Assembly (NCBI RefSeq): GCF_000012925.1
Contig: NC_007517.1
Span: 1,050,001 to 1,082,000, forward strand
DNA length: 32,000 nt
Source: Geobacter metallireducens GS-15
GTDB lineage: Bacteria; Desulfobacterota; Desulfuromonadia; Geobacterales; Geobacteraceae
Direction: 5' to 3'
Below the pieces are notes generated by a model. It was not told the DNA's origin. It ran no database searches and saw nothing but the letters and a program-made list of their open reading frames with translations. Position numbers and translations under genes: made by a program. This document shows positions 23,681 through 31,669 of the stretch, one piece after another. Each line of letters opens with the position of its first letter. Position 1 is the first letter of the stretch.

Positions 23681-24073
23681 ATGAAGGCCGTTGCGAATAA
23701 TGGCTTATTTTTTCGAAGCAATGCAGGTTTCTCCCTGCTTGAGGCACTGATTGCCATTGCTATCCTATCCGTGGTGATGCTGGGGACGGCTTCGATGCTG
23801 TTCACGGGGATGTCGGGGAGTTTGGGGAGCAATAACCGGTATGTCGCCACCGCAACGGCCCAGTCCCGGATCGAAGCCCTCATGAATACTCCCTTCGCCA
23901 GCCTTGCCAGCCAGCTTACGCCAATAACGACCGTTTCCAACGGCATCAGTTACAACACAAAGTGGCAGGTAAACAATCTCACCAGCAATTTGGCCTTTAT
24001 TAATATGTCCACTACGTGGACCGACAAAAACGGCAGGCACGGCATGAATTTTTCAGTCGTCAGGTCCCGGTGA
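23681..24073 (+). CDS. pilV: Type IV pilus minor pilin PilV
   Basis: ...SNAG|FSLLEALIAIAILSVVMLG prepilin motif, 130 aa, in the position between fimU and pilW. Confidence 0.75.
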   Translation: MKAVANNGLFFRSNAGFSLLEALIAIAILSVVMLGTASMLFTGMSGSLGSNNRYVATATAQSRIEALMNTPFASLASQLTPITTVSNGISYNTKWQVNNLTSNLAFINMSTTWTDKNGRHGMNFSVVRSR

Positions 24074-24084
24074 GGAGGGGCGTT

Positions 24085-24768
24085 ATGAGCCAATCATCCC
24101 TCAACGGTCGCCGTGGATTTACCCTTGTCGAACTCCTTGTCACCATGTTTGTTGCCGCTTTGGTGATCATGGCGGCCACGACGACTTTCATCGTACAGAA
24201 CAAGATGGCGAGTGTCCAGTCCGCCACAAGTGATGTGCAGATAAGCGGTCAGATGGTGATGGATCTGCTCGAGCGCGACATCCGCATGGCCGGGTTTGGG
24301 GTGAGCAAGGCAACGGGACTGGCTGCCTCGGACAACGCCCTTGCCAACGATGCAACGTGTAGTGTCGGTACCGATGCTGTCCAGATCCGTTATTCGACGG
24401 CAATTTCATCCGGGTCGACCAGAGGTTCTCGGGCGTACAACTATTACGTCAGTAAGGACCCTGCCAACCCGGGGTTGATGCGGCAGGATCTCCTGCCGGG
24501 CGGGACAACGGATCCCATCGCGTCAAACGTAGAGGACCTGCAGATATCCGGGGTCTATGACGATGACGGTTCAGCGGTGAATCTGGGGAATGTCGATCCG
24601 GCCCGCCCCATGAGAGTTACTCTTCAGATTCTCCTGAAATCCCAGGCCAGGGATCCTGACTCCACGACAACTCCTCCGACAATTGGTAACGGTATAGCGC
24701 GGGCGGCCGACGGATACCGTAGGCGTACGTACTCGGTAACCGTCAGCCCCCGAAACTTCGGGCTCTAA
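24085..24768 (+). CDS. pilW: Type IV pilus minor pilin / assembly protein PilW
   Basis: MSQSSLNGRRG|FTLVELLVTMFVAALVIMAATT, with ATG 24085 after GAGGAGGGG. PilW-like size and position. Confidence 0.75.
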   Translation: MSQSSLNGRRGFTLVELLVTMFVAALVIMAATTTFIVQNKMASVQSATSDVQISGQMVMDLLERDIRMAGFGVSKATGLAASDNALANDATCSVGTDAVQIRYSTAISSGSTRGSRAYNYYVSKDPANPGLMRQDLLPGGTTDPIASNVEDLQISGVYDDDGSAVNLGNVDPARPMRVTLQILLKSQARDPDSTTTPPTIGNGIARAADGYRRRTYSVTVSPRNFGL

Positions 24769-24785
24769 GAACGGGAGGTAGTTCA

Positions 24786-25307
24786 GTGGTCATCCGCGGA
24801 ACTCGAAAAAAGTGGTTCTTGATGCGCATGGGAGATCAGACCGGCATGGCACTGGTGACGGTCATTACCTTTGCTGCGGTTCTCATGGCCATGATGACCA
24901 TGATGCTCAATACTACCATGGTCGAAACGGTGCTAGCGGGGGCCAGCACCGTCAGCAAGCGTACTCTCGTGGCTGCCGATGCGGGGCTCCAGTTTGTTCG
25001 GGGGACATTCGTCTACATGGGGAGCAACGGTTTTCCCGCGTCGTCCTCCACAGGCAACCTCACGGCGCAGGGGCAGGCCCAACTGCCGGCACCCCTGAAC
25101 CAGAAGGTGACCTTCCTGAACCTGACGGGGATGGGGGTCGACTCAAATCTTCTGGTCGGCAGCGGTTTCAGCAGCAGGTATGTGGCGCCCACAGCCGGTG
25201 GAGGAGCATTGGTGCTGAAACCCTATCGCAGCCGGACCGTTGCCCGTGCCGAGAACGGGACTTCACGAAAGATCGTCGAGTTTGAGGGATTCAGTCTCGC
25301 ACCCTAA
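24786..25307 (+). CDS. pilX: PilX-like minor pilin (PilX N-terminal domain)
   Basis: GTG 24786 lies 7 nt after GGGAGG. The hydrophobic segment GMALVTVITFAAVLMAMMTMML resembles PilX_N. It sits between pilW and pilY1. Confidence 0.65.
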   Translation: MVIRGTRKKWFLMRMGDQTGMALVTVITFAAVLMAMMTMMLNTTMVETVLAGASTVSKRTLVAADAGLQFVRGTFVYMGSNGFPASSSTGNLTAQGQAQLPAPLNQKVTFLNLTGMGVDSNLLVGSGFSSRYVAPTAGGGALVLKPYRSRTVARAENGTSRKIVEFEGFSLAP

Positions 25308-25356
25308 ACGGGTCGGAACTTTGTATTTCCGCACGAAACGCAGGGAGGTAGCAGCC

Positions 25357-28300
25357 ATGTTGACGAGCAGGCTCTTTAAAAAGATCATGCGGATGCTTTC
25401 CGTTCCGGTCACCATCGCCCATCTCGCTGCGGCCCCGGGTATCGCCAGGGCCGATGACACCGAAATATATTCTGCCGGAGCCACCATGAAGCCGATGGTG
25501 ATGATCATTATGGACAACTCCGGCAGCATGGGCGACCCGGTCCCCTACGACAACGCCACGGCCTATGCCGGAACATACACGAAAGACACCGTCTACCAGT
25601 ATACGTGCACGGCGCGAAACAAGAAGGGGCAGTGCACGGCAACCCAGTGGCAGGTGTATACTGGCGTCTTTACCGATCAGATAAACCGGGATGGCGGCGT
25701 TGACGTTGCTGGTCAGGACGGGATCGACGACAGTAGCACCGCGCTCAAGACCGGCAACCGTCTCAACTACGAGGCGTTGCCCACCACCAGCAAGCTGAGC
25801 ACGGCCAAGGGGGTGCTCAATAACCTGGTCGATCTGATGTACAATGACGTCGATTTCGGGTTCATGAAGTTCAACACCGAGGACGGCGGCAACATCATCT
25901 CGAAAATTGGCGCCACCATTACCGCCATGCATGGCCAGATCAGCGCCATCAACGCCACCACCTGGACTCCTCTCGCAGAGGCGCTGACCGATGCCGGTAA
26001 GTATTTCGAGGACACCTATACCGGCCAGTACAGCCCCTGGAATTCTAATAACTGGTGCCAGAAAGCCTTCATCATCATCGTCACCGATGGTGAACCAACC
26101 CACGATACCGACACAACCATCATCGGCCATTTTCTCGACCGCGGGCAGACGGGAATCACCGACGCCAACCGGGGGCAGAAATGGGACCAGGACGGTGACT
26201 ACAATATGCACAGCACTACCACCACCGATCCCCTCAATAACGACGTCTGGGTCGCCGACGATACATACAGTGACACGGTCCCCCAGACGTTTCTCGATGA
26301 TGTGGCCAAGTATCTCTATACCCACGATCTTCGTCCCGACCTGCAGGGAACCCAGAATGTAACGACGTACACCATCGGCTACGCCCATGACAGCCCCCTG
26401 CTGCAGAGAACCGCCCAGAACGGAGGGGGGCTGTACTTTACCGCTAACAACGCCGCGGAGTTGGAGCACAGCCTCCTCATGGCCCTGGACGACATCGCCA
26501 AAAAGCTTCAGACCTATACCGCTCCGGTCGTTCCCATAACCCGGACCTCAAGCGGCGACAAGATGTATCTGGCGTTCTTCAAGCCGCTGGCTTACTCCAA
26601 GTTCTGGGTCGGCGACCTCCACAAATACGGGCTGTCCAGTTCCAATCAGATCATCGACAGTGCTGGCAACCAGGCCACGGATTCATCGGGAGCCATGCTC
26701 GACACCGCCGTTCCGTACTGGAGCGTATCGTCACTGCTGAAGAGCCGGTCTACCGCCCGGAACATCTACACCTACCTCGGGACCAACAGTAACCTCACGG
26801 ACAGCTCCAATGCCTTCACGATCGCCAACACCGCCTTGACGGCCGCCGTACTCGGCAATCCGGCCAAGAGCAACGCAGCCAACGCTGCCACCGCAGCCCG
26901 CGACGACCTGATCAACTACATACACGGCCAGGACGCCTATGATGACAATGGCAACCTGAACTGGACCGAAAAGCGGGACTTCATTCTCGGTGATATCCTC
27001 CACTCCGTGCCGCTGGTGGTGGACTACAACGGACCGACGGCCACCGACCCGAACCGGCACATTTTCTTCGGCTCCAACGACGGGATGCTCCACTGCATCA
27101 ATGATGCGAACGGAAGCGAAGAGTGGGGCTTCGTGCCTCCCGACGCGCTTCCCCGCCTGAAGCTCTTTGAAGAGGGAAGCTCTCACCCGTATTTTGTCGA
27201 TGGTTCCGTAAAGCTCTACCAACTGCGGAACTCGGCCGGTGTCATCACCAAGGCGATCATCATCTTCGGGCAGCGGGCCGGAGGCGACAACTACTACGCC
27301 CTTGATGTCACCAATCCCGCGTCGCCACAATTTCTTTGGAGAATCAACGGTTCATCCACCGGCTTCTCTGAAATCGGCCAGACCTGGTCAGAACCGCTGA
27401 TAGCCAAAGTGAAGAAAAATGACAGCAACGGGGTGCCAGTCACCTATGATGCCGTTATCTTCGGTGCCGGCTTCGACTCGGCTCAGGCTAACACCAAGGC
27501 TGTCGCCGCTGCCGCCAAGGGGCGCGGAGTATTCATCGCCAACCTGCTCACCGGTGAGTTGATAAGCAGCTTCAAATACACAACCAGCAATGGAATGAAC
27601 TATGCCATTCCCAGTAACGTAGCCGCCGTGGACATGGACTCCAATGGGATTGTCGACCGGATATATGTGGGGGACCTGGGGGGCAATCTTTGGCGGATTG
27701 GGAAGTCGCCCAACAGTACTGACCCCACTGATGCCCAGAAAGACATCAACCTCATCGATAACTGGGGAATCCGCAAGCTCTTTGCCTCCAACCCGGGAGC
27801 CGACGGCAGTTCGGGGCGGAAAATTTTCTATCAGCCCGAGATAGCCTTGCAGTCGGGGCATAACTATGTTTACTTCTCTACTGGAGACCGGGACAACCCC
27901 CGTTCGACGGATGCCGTGGACCGGCTTTACGGGGTGAAGGACACCAGCCCCGATCAGAGCGTGTTCGCCACCCTTACGGAAAACAGCCTGACCAATCAGA
28001 CAGGTGTGGTAAGCAGTTCTATCTTGCCCCTGACAACAAGTGGCTGGTATGTTCGGCTCATAGCGGCTGCTGGCGAGAAGTCGCTGGCTGCGCCGGTCCT
28101 CTTCAACAAGTATGTACTGTTCGATACCTTCCTTCCCAATAATGCCCTCTGTGATATCGGTGGCGGGGCAAAGGTTTACGCCGTAAGCTACCTGAATGGC
28201 CTCTATTCGCGTTACAGTCTCGGCAACGGCATACCCACCGAGGCTGTACTGGTCGTCCGCCCGACGGGAACCACGGCTTTTGTCGGAGCCGGCGGCGGGG

Positions 28301-28449
28301 TCATTAATCTGTTAAACCTCATCCCTGATTCGCCTCCCACAGGTGGGGGAGGTGGCGGGGGAGATGGGAGTGCCAACCAGAAGCCAATACAAGAGATTTT
28401 CAATTTCGTGACCGGTATCATACCCATTTCATGGCGAGAGGTGTTCTGA
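25357..28449 (+). CDS. pilY1: PilY1 tip adhesin with an N-terminal vWA domain and a C-terminal PilY1 beta-propeller
   Basis: ATG 25357 follows AGGGAGG and is followed by a signal peptide. MIDAS-type motif DNSGS at ~25513. Ca-binding-like loop DMDSNGIVDRIYVGD at ~27631-27675, within a PilY1 C-terminal-type region. Confidence 0.88.
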   Translation: MLTSRLFKKIMRMLSVPVTIAHLAAAPGIARADDTEIYSAGATMKPMVMIIMDNSGSMGDPVPYDNATAYAGTYTKDTVYQYTCTARNKKGQCTATQWQVYTGVFTDQINRDGGVDVAGQDGIDDSSTALKTGNRLNYEALPTTSKLSTAKGVLNNLVDLMYNDVDFGFMKFNTEDGGNIISKIGATITAMHGQISAINATTWTPLAEALTDAGKYFEDTYTGQYSPWNSNNWCQKAFIIIVTDGEPTHDTDTTIIGHFLDRGQTGITDANRGQKWDQDGDYNMHSTTTTDPLNNDVWVADDTYSDTVPQTFLDDVAKYLYTHDLRPDLQGTQNVTTYTIGYAHDSPLLQRTAQNGGGLYFTANNAAELEHSLLMALDDIAKKLQTYTAPVVPITRTSSGDKMYLAFFKPLAYSKFWVGDLHKYGLSSSNQIIDSAGNQATDSSGAMLDTAVPYWSVSSLLKSRSTARNIYTYLGTNSNLTDSSNAFTIANTALTAAVLGNPAKSNAANAATAARDDLINYIHGQDAYDDNGNLNWTEKRDFILGDILHSVPLVVDYNGPTATDPNRHIFFGSNDGMLHCINDANGSEEWGFVPPDALPRLKLFEEGSSHPYFVDGSVKLYQLRNSAGVITKAIIIFGQRAGGDNYYALDVTNPASPQFLWRINGSSTGFSEIGQTWSEPLIAKVKKNDSNGVPVTYDAVIFGAGFDSAQANTKAVAAAAKGRGVFIANLLTGELISSFKYTTSNGMNYAIPSNVAAVDMDSNGIVDRIYVGDLGGNLWRIGKSPNSTDPTDAQKDINLIDNWGIRKLFASNPGADGSSGRKIFYQPEIALQSGHNYVYFSTGDRDNPRSTDAVDRLYGVKDTSPDQSVFATLTENSLTNQTGVVSSSILPLTTSGWYVRLIAAAGEKSLAAPVLFNKYVLFDTFLPNNALCDIGGGAKVYAVSYLNGLYSRYSLGNGIPTEAVLVVRPTGTTAFVGAGGGVINLLNLIPDSPPTGGGGGGGDGSANQKPIQEIFNFVTGIIPISWREVF

Positions 28450-28790
28450 TGCGTTACCTGATGGTCGTTGCGGCAAGTCTTGTGTTCTGTGTCAATCTCG
28501 CCGTGGCTGGACAGGACGTTCACCGGGGGCTCCCCACACTTTCCTCTCTAGGAGTGAATTTCACCGATCTCATGACTCCGGAGGCTCACGAAGGGGTGGT
28601 CATGGAGGTGCGGGGCGCGGGAAGCTTTATTCTTCGGGAAAAGCTCTATATTATCTGCCAGGAGAGTGATGTCGACGGCACCCCGGCAAATCAGGCGAAA
28701 TTTTCCCTGAAGAAGGGGGACACGGTCAAAGCTACCGTCTACAGGCTTCCGAACAAGACTTATTTCGTCTCAGAGCTGGAAATAAAGTAA
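28449..28790 (+). CDS. Small secreted protein of unknown function (113 aa), translationally coupled to pilY1
   Basis: The ATG overlaps the pilY1 TGA (TGATG). Signal peptide MRYLMVVAASLVFCVNLAVA. I recognise no family. Confidence 0.6.
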   Translation: MRYLMVVAASLVFCVNLAVAGQDVHRGLPTLSSLGVNFTDLMTPEAHEGVVMEVRGAGSFILREKLYIICQESDVDGTPANQAKFSLKKGDTVKATVYRLPNKTYFVSELEIK

Positions 28791-28806
28791 GGGAAGATTC
28801 ACTGTA

Positions 28807-29370
28807 TTGAATATGGGCAAACCTGTAAGAAAAACTGGGCGGACGATTGCCGTACTGGTTGTCATAATACTAGGGGCCGCGTCGATTTATGTTGTCGCAA
28901 CATGGCCCTATAACGTCGTGGGATGGATGACGTACCGCATATTGGGAAAGCCTTTCCCGTCACGGGTGACGGAGCTTCAAAACATTAAGCGTTTTCTCGA
29001 TGCGAAACGGAAGCTCAACAAGAAGGAATACGATGCGGCGTTCCAGGGATTGCAGTACCTGCGACAAAATGTGGCAGTAACATTTCCCTTTTTCAAGGAA
29101 ATTTACCTTTACCTCGGCTATATTCACGATCTGCGTGGTGATTTACGCGGCGAAGAGGCGCTTCACCGGGAGCTTGAGACAAAGGACAAGGTTTTTGCCC
29201 TATTCCTGGAAGGGTTGTATGCTATCCGGCATGGCAGGGATGTGGAGGGGAAGGGATACCTTGCCGAGTCGATAAAGCTGGATAACCAGTTCAACAGGCT
29301 CGGCAAGTACCGCGGGGTAGCCCTAAAAGCTCTCGGTACGGCAGCCCTCCCGAGAAAAAGTTCGAAATGA
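28807..29370 (+). CDS. Membrane-anchored helical-repeat (TPR-like) protein of unknown function
   Basis: N-terminal TM segment IAVLVVIILGAASIYVV, followed by a helical region with TPR-like spacing. Start TTG 28807 or ATG 28813. Confidence 0.55.
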   Translation: MNMGKPVRKTGRTIAVLVVIILGAASIYVVATWPYNVVGWMTYRILGKPFPSRVTELQNIKRFLDAKRKLNKKEYDAAFQGLQYLRQNVAVTFPFFKEIYLYLGYIHDLRGDLRGEEALHRELETKDKVFALFLEGLYAIRHGRDVEGKGYLAESIKLDNQFNRLGKYRGVALKALGTAALPRKSSK

Positions 29371-29462
29371 GGAATTTTCCCCTCAAGAAACGAACGTACA
29401 GGCCGATTAGTTAATCCAGAGGACATATACGCGAGTGTTCCTGGAAAAAACAGAATAGCTCC

Positions 29463-29546
29463 GATATCGACAATACTAAACCATCCGCGAGGGTGGGACG
29501 GAAAGCCTACAGGGTCTCTCTGAGACAGCCGGGATGCCGAAATATC
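29463..29546 (+). ncRNA. GEMM-I cyclic-dinucleotide riboswitch aptamer (c-di-GMP-I / 3',3'-cGAMP class)
   Basis: AAACC (29478-82). Stem CCATCC/GGGTGG (29481-86 / 29491-96) is capped by the GNRA loop GCGA and followed by GACGGAAAGCC (29497-29507). The 3' strand AGCCGGGATGCCGA (29527-40) resembles AGCGGGGUUACCGA of V. cholerae Vc2 as I remember it. The middle hairpin is short and atypical. Confidence 0.7.
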
Positions 29547-29582
29547 ACAATTCGTGATGCTCGGTCCCGGCATTTCTTTTTT
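29528..29582 (+). terminator. Intrinsic terminator serving as the riboswitch expression platform
   Basis: GCCGGGA (29528-34) pairs with TCCCGGC (29565-71). Inner pairs are CCGA/TCGG and ATCAC/GTGAT. Followed by ATTTCTTTTTT. The 5' arm is the same sequence as the aptamer 3' strand. Confidence 0.8.
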
Positions 29583-29742
29583 GGACCCAGAAATACAGGT
29601 TGTCAAAATATCGGCAAGGAGTGGACGGAAATTGTCAGTCATTTGCTTCAATTCATGGAGTTTCGTTGCCAGAACGATCGAAATGTTTACGGTATCAATC
29701 TTGCTTAATTCGTTTCAACTTCATTTAATATTAACTAATTCC

Positions 29743-29770
29743 TTGACATTGATTTCAATTTCAGTACATT
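29743..29770 (+). promoter_or_regulatory. Sigma70-like promoter TTGACA-N16-TACATT in an AT-rich stretch
   Basis: TTGACA at 29743-29748 and TACATT at 29765-29770, with an upstream A/T-rich UP-like tract. About 36 nt upstream of the XRE gene ATG. Confidence 0.5.
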
Positions 29771-29805
29771 TCGCCGTAAACTACCTGGCTTTGCGGGATT
29801 GGGCG

Positions 29806-30006
29806 ATGAAATTCAAGAACAACGTCAGAAAGATCAGAGAAGAACGGCTCATGAGCAAGGCTGAGCTTGCGCGCCTTGCGGGGGTCTCGCCGGCCACCAT
29901 CGACAGGATCGAGCACGGTGAGGAGTGCCGGATGGAGACAAAGAGAAAGATCATTCTTGCCTTTGGTTTTTCATTGTCCGAGAAGGAAGCGGTCTTTCTC
30001 GACTAA
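29806..30006 (+). CDS. Small XRE (Cro/C1)-family helix-turn-helix transcriptional regulator (66 aa)
   Basis: MKFKNNVRKIREERLMSKAELARLAGVSPATIDRIEHGE is a typical HTH_3 motif. The longer ORF-track start (29554) would run through the terminator and promoter. Confidence 0.75.
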   Translation: MKFKNNVRKIREERLMSKAELARLAGVSPATIDRIEHGEECRMETKRKIILAFGFSLSEKEAVFLD

Positions 30007-30027
30007 CCTTGTGAACGGGAATCACCT

Positions 30028-31083
30028 ATGTTTTTCTCCAAGAAAAAGGATCTCGTCGGCATCGACATAGGCTCCAGCTCCGTGAAGCTCGTGCAGCTCC
30101 GGGAGCAGAAGGGGGCTTGGCAGCTCCTGAATGTCGGCACGATGCCGCTGCCATCCGAGGCCATCGTCGACAATACCCTCATGGACAGCTCGGCCATCGT
30201 CGATGCGGTCAAGAACCTCGGCAAGAGCCTTTCCGTCAAGGTCAAGGAAGCTGCCTGCTCTATTTCGGGCAACACGGTGATCATACGCAAGATCAAGCTT
30301 CCCGCCATGCCTCCCGAAGAACTGGAGGATCAAATCCGGTGGGAGGCCGAGCAGTACATTCCCTTTGACATCAATGACGTCAATATCGATTTCCAGATTC
30401 TCGAGCCCGACGAGGACGATCCCACCCGCATGAATGTGCTCCTCGTGGCCAGCAAGAAGGAAATCATCAACGACTACGTGAATGTTTTCGCGGAGAGCGG
30501 GTTCAAACTCGTCATTGTCGACGTCGATTCCTTCGCGGTGCAGAACGCCTTTGAGCTCAACTATGAAAGCGGGCCGGAGGAGGTCGTGGCCCTCATCAAT
30601 ATCGGTGCCAGCATCCTCAACCTCAATATCGTCAGGGGGGGGATTTCGCTCTTCACCCGCGACGTCCAGATGGGGGGGAACCTCTTTACCGAAGAGATTC
30701 AGAAACAGTTCGCCTTGAGCAGCGACGAAGCGGAACGGGTCAAGCTGACCGGTGATCACCCCGACCAGGAGAAGTTGCGGAGCGTACTGGCGCGAATCAA
30801 CGAAACCCTCTCCATCGAGGTGCGCCGCTCCCTGGATTTCTACAACACGACCGCCGGCGAGGGGAGGGTGAGCAAGGTCTACCTGAGCGGCGGCGCGGCT
30901 AAAACCGCCATGCTCGCCGATGCGATCCAGGACAAGCTCGGCGTGCCGGTGGAGATGCTCAATCCCTTCAGGAAGATTACCTGCAGCGAAAAGGAGTTCG
31001 ATCCTGAGTATCTCCGGGAGATCGGGCCCCTCGTCACGGTTGCCCTGGGGCTGGCCGCAAGGAGGGTTGGGGACAAATGGTAA
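30028..31083 (+). CDS. pilM: Type IV pilus assembly ATPase-fold protein PilM
   Basis: Starts MFFSKKKDLVGIDIGSSSVKLVQL. Actin-like fold, 351 aa, followed by pilN and pilO. Confidence 0.93.
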   Translation: MFFSKKKDLVGIDIGSSSVKLVQLREQKGAWQLLNVGTMPLPSEAIVDNTLMDSSAIVDAVKNLGKSLSVKVKEAACSISGNTVIIRKIKLPAMPPEELEDQIRWEAEQYIPFDINDVNIDFQILEPDEDDPTRMNVLLVASKKEIINDYVNVFAESGFKLVIVDVDSFAVQNAFELNYESGPEEVVALINIGASILNLNIVRGGISLFTRDVQMGGNLFTEEIQKQFALSSDEAERVKLTGDHPDQEKLRSVLARINETLSIEVRRSLDFYNTTAGEGRVSKVYLSGGAAKTAMLADAIQDKLGVPVEMLNPFRKITCSEKEFDPEYLREIGPLVTVALGLAARRVGDKW

Positions 31084-31649
31084 AAATCAACCTGCTCCCG
31101 GTCAGAACGTCGAAGAAGAAGGAGACCGCCAGGCAGCAACTGGCGATTCTCGGCGTCTCGGCGGCTCTCGTGCTCGTTGCCGGCCTTGGCCTCTATGTCT
31201 ATGCCCAGGCAAAGATCAAAGCCACCAAGGAAGAGATTTCCAAGGCTGAAAACGACCTTCAGCAGCTCAAGGTCAAGATCGGCGAGCTGGAAAACATCAA
31301 GAAGCTGAAAGATGAGGTCACGAAGAAGCTCGATGTGCTCGCTCAGCTTCGCAAGGGGAAAACCGGCCCCGTCCGCAGACTCGCGACCCTGAGCGATGCT
31401 ACGCCCGATAAGCTCTGGATCACCAAGTATGCCGAGAGCGGAGCTAGCGTCAGCATCGGTGGGGTTGCTCTCGACGAGGATCTCATCGCCACATTCATGC
31501 GCAACCTCCAAAGATCCGAAGATTTCACGAACGTGGAACTCGTCGTGTCCGAGCAAACGGAGGTCGGCGGCGTGAAGGCCAAGCGGTTCGAGCTCACCTG
31601 TGCCCTGAAGGCGGTCAAGAACCCAGAGCCGCCCGCGCCGAAGAAATAG
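31077..31649 (+). CDS. pilN: Type IV pilus assembly protein PilN
   Basis: MVKINLLPVR is the conserved PilN N-terminus that binds PilM. One TM segment plus a coiled coil. Overlaps pilM by 7 nt. Confidence 0.9.
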   Translation: MVKINLLPVRTSKKKETARQQLAILGVSAALVLVAGLGLYVYAQAKIKATKEEISKAENDLQQLKVKIGELENIKKLKDEVTKKLDVLAQLRKGKTGPVRRLATLSDATPDKLWITKYAESGASVSIGGVALDEDLIATFMRNLQRSEDFTNVELVVSEQTEVGGVKAKRFELTCALKAVKNPEPPAPKK

Positions 31650-31669
31650 CCACCGGTTAAGGACTCTCC

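Noticed and set aside
28330-28375. G-rich run (ggtgggggaggtggcgggggagatggg) in pilY1 as a slipped-strand phase-variation tract
   Set aside because: It is not a homopolymer or a perfect short tandem repeat; the longest G run is 5. It simply encodes a Gly-rich linker.
29163-29708. ORF-track entries 29163-29651 (-), 29493-29708 (+) and the long 29554 start of the XRE ORF
   Set aside because: They run through the riboswitch aptamer, its terminator hairpin and T-tract, and the AT-rich promoter. They have no RBS and odd composition. The conserved HTH begins at ATG 29806.
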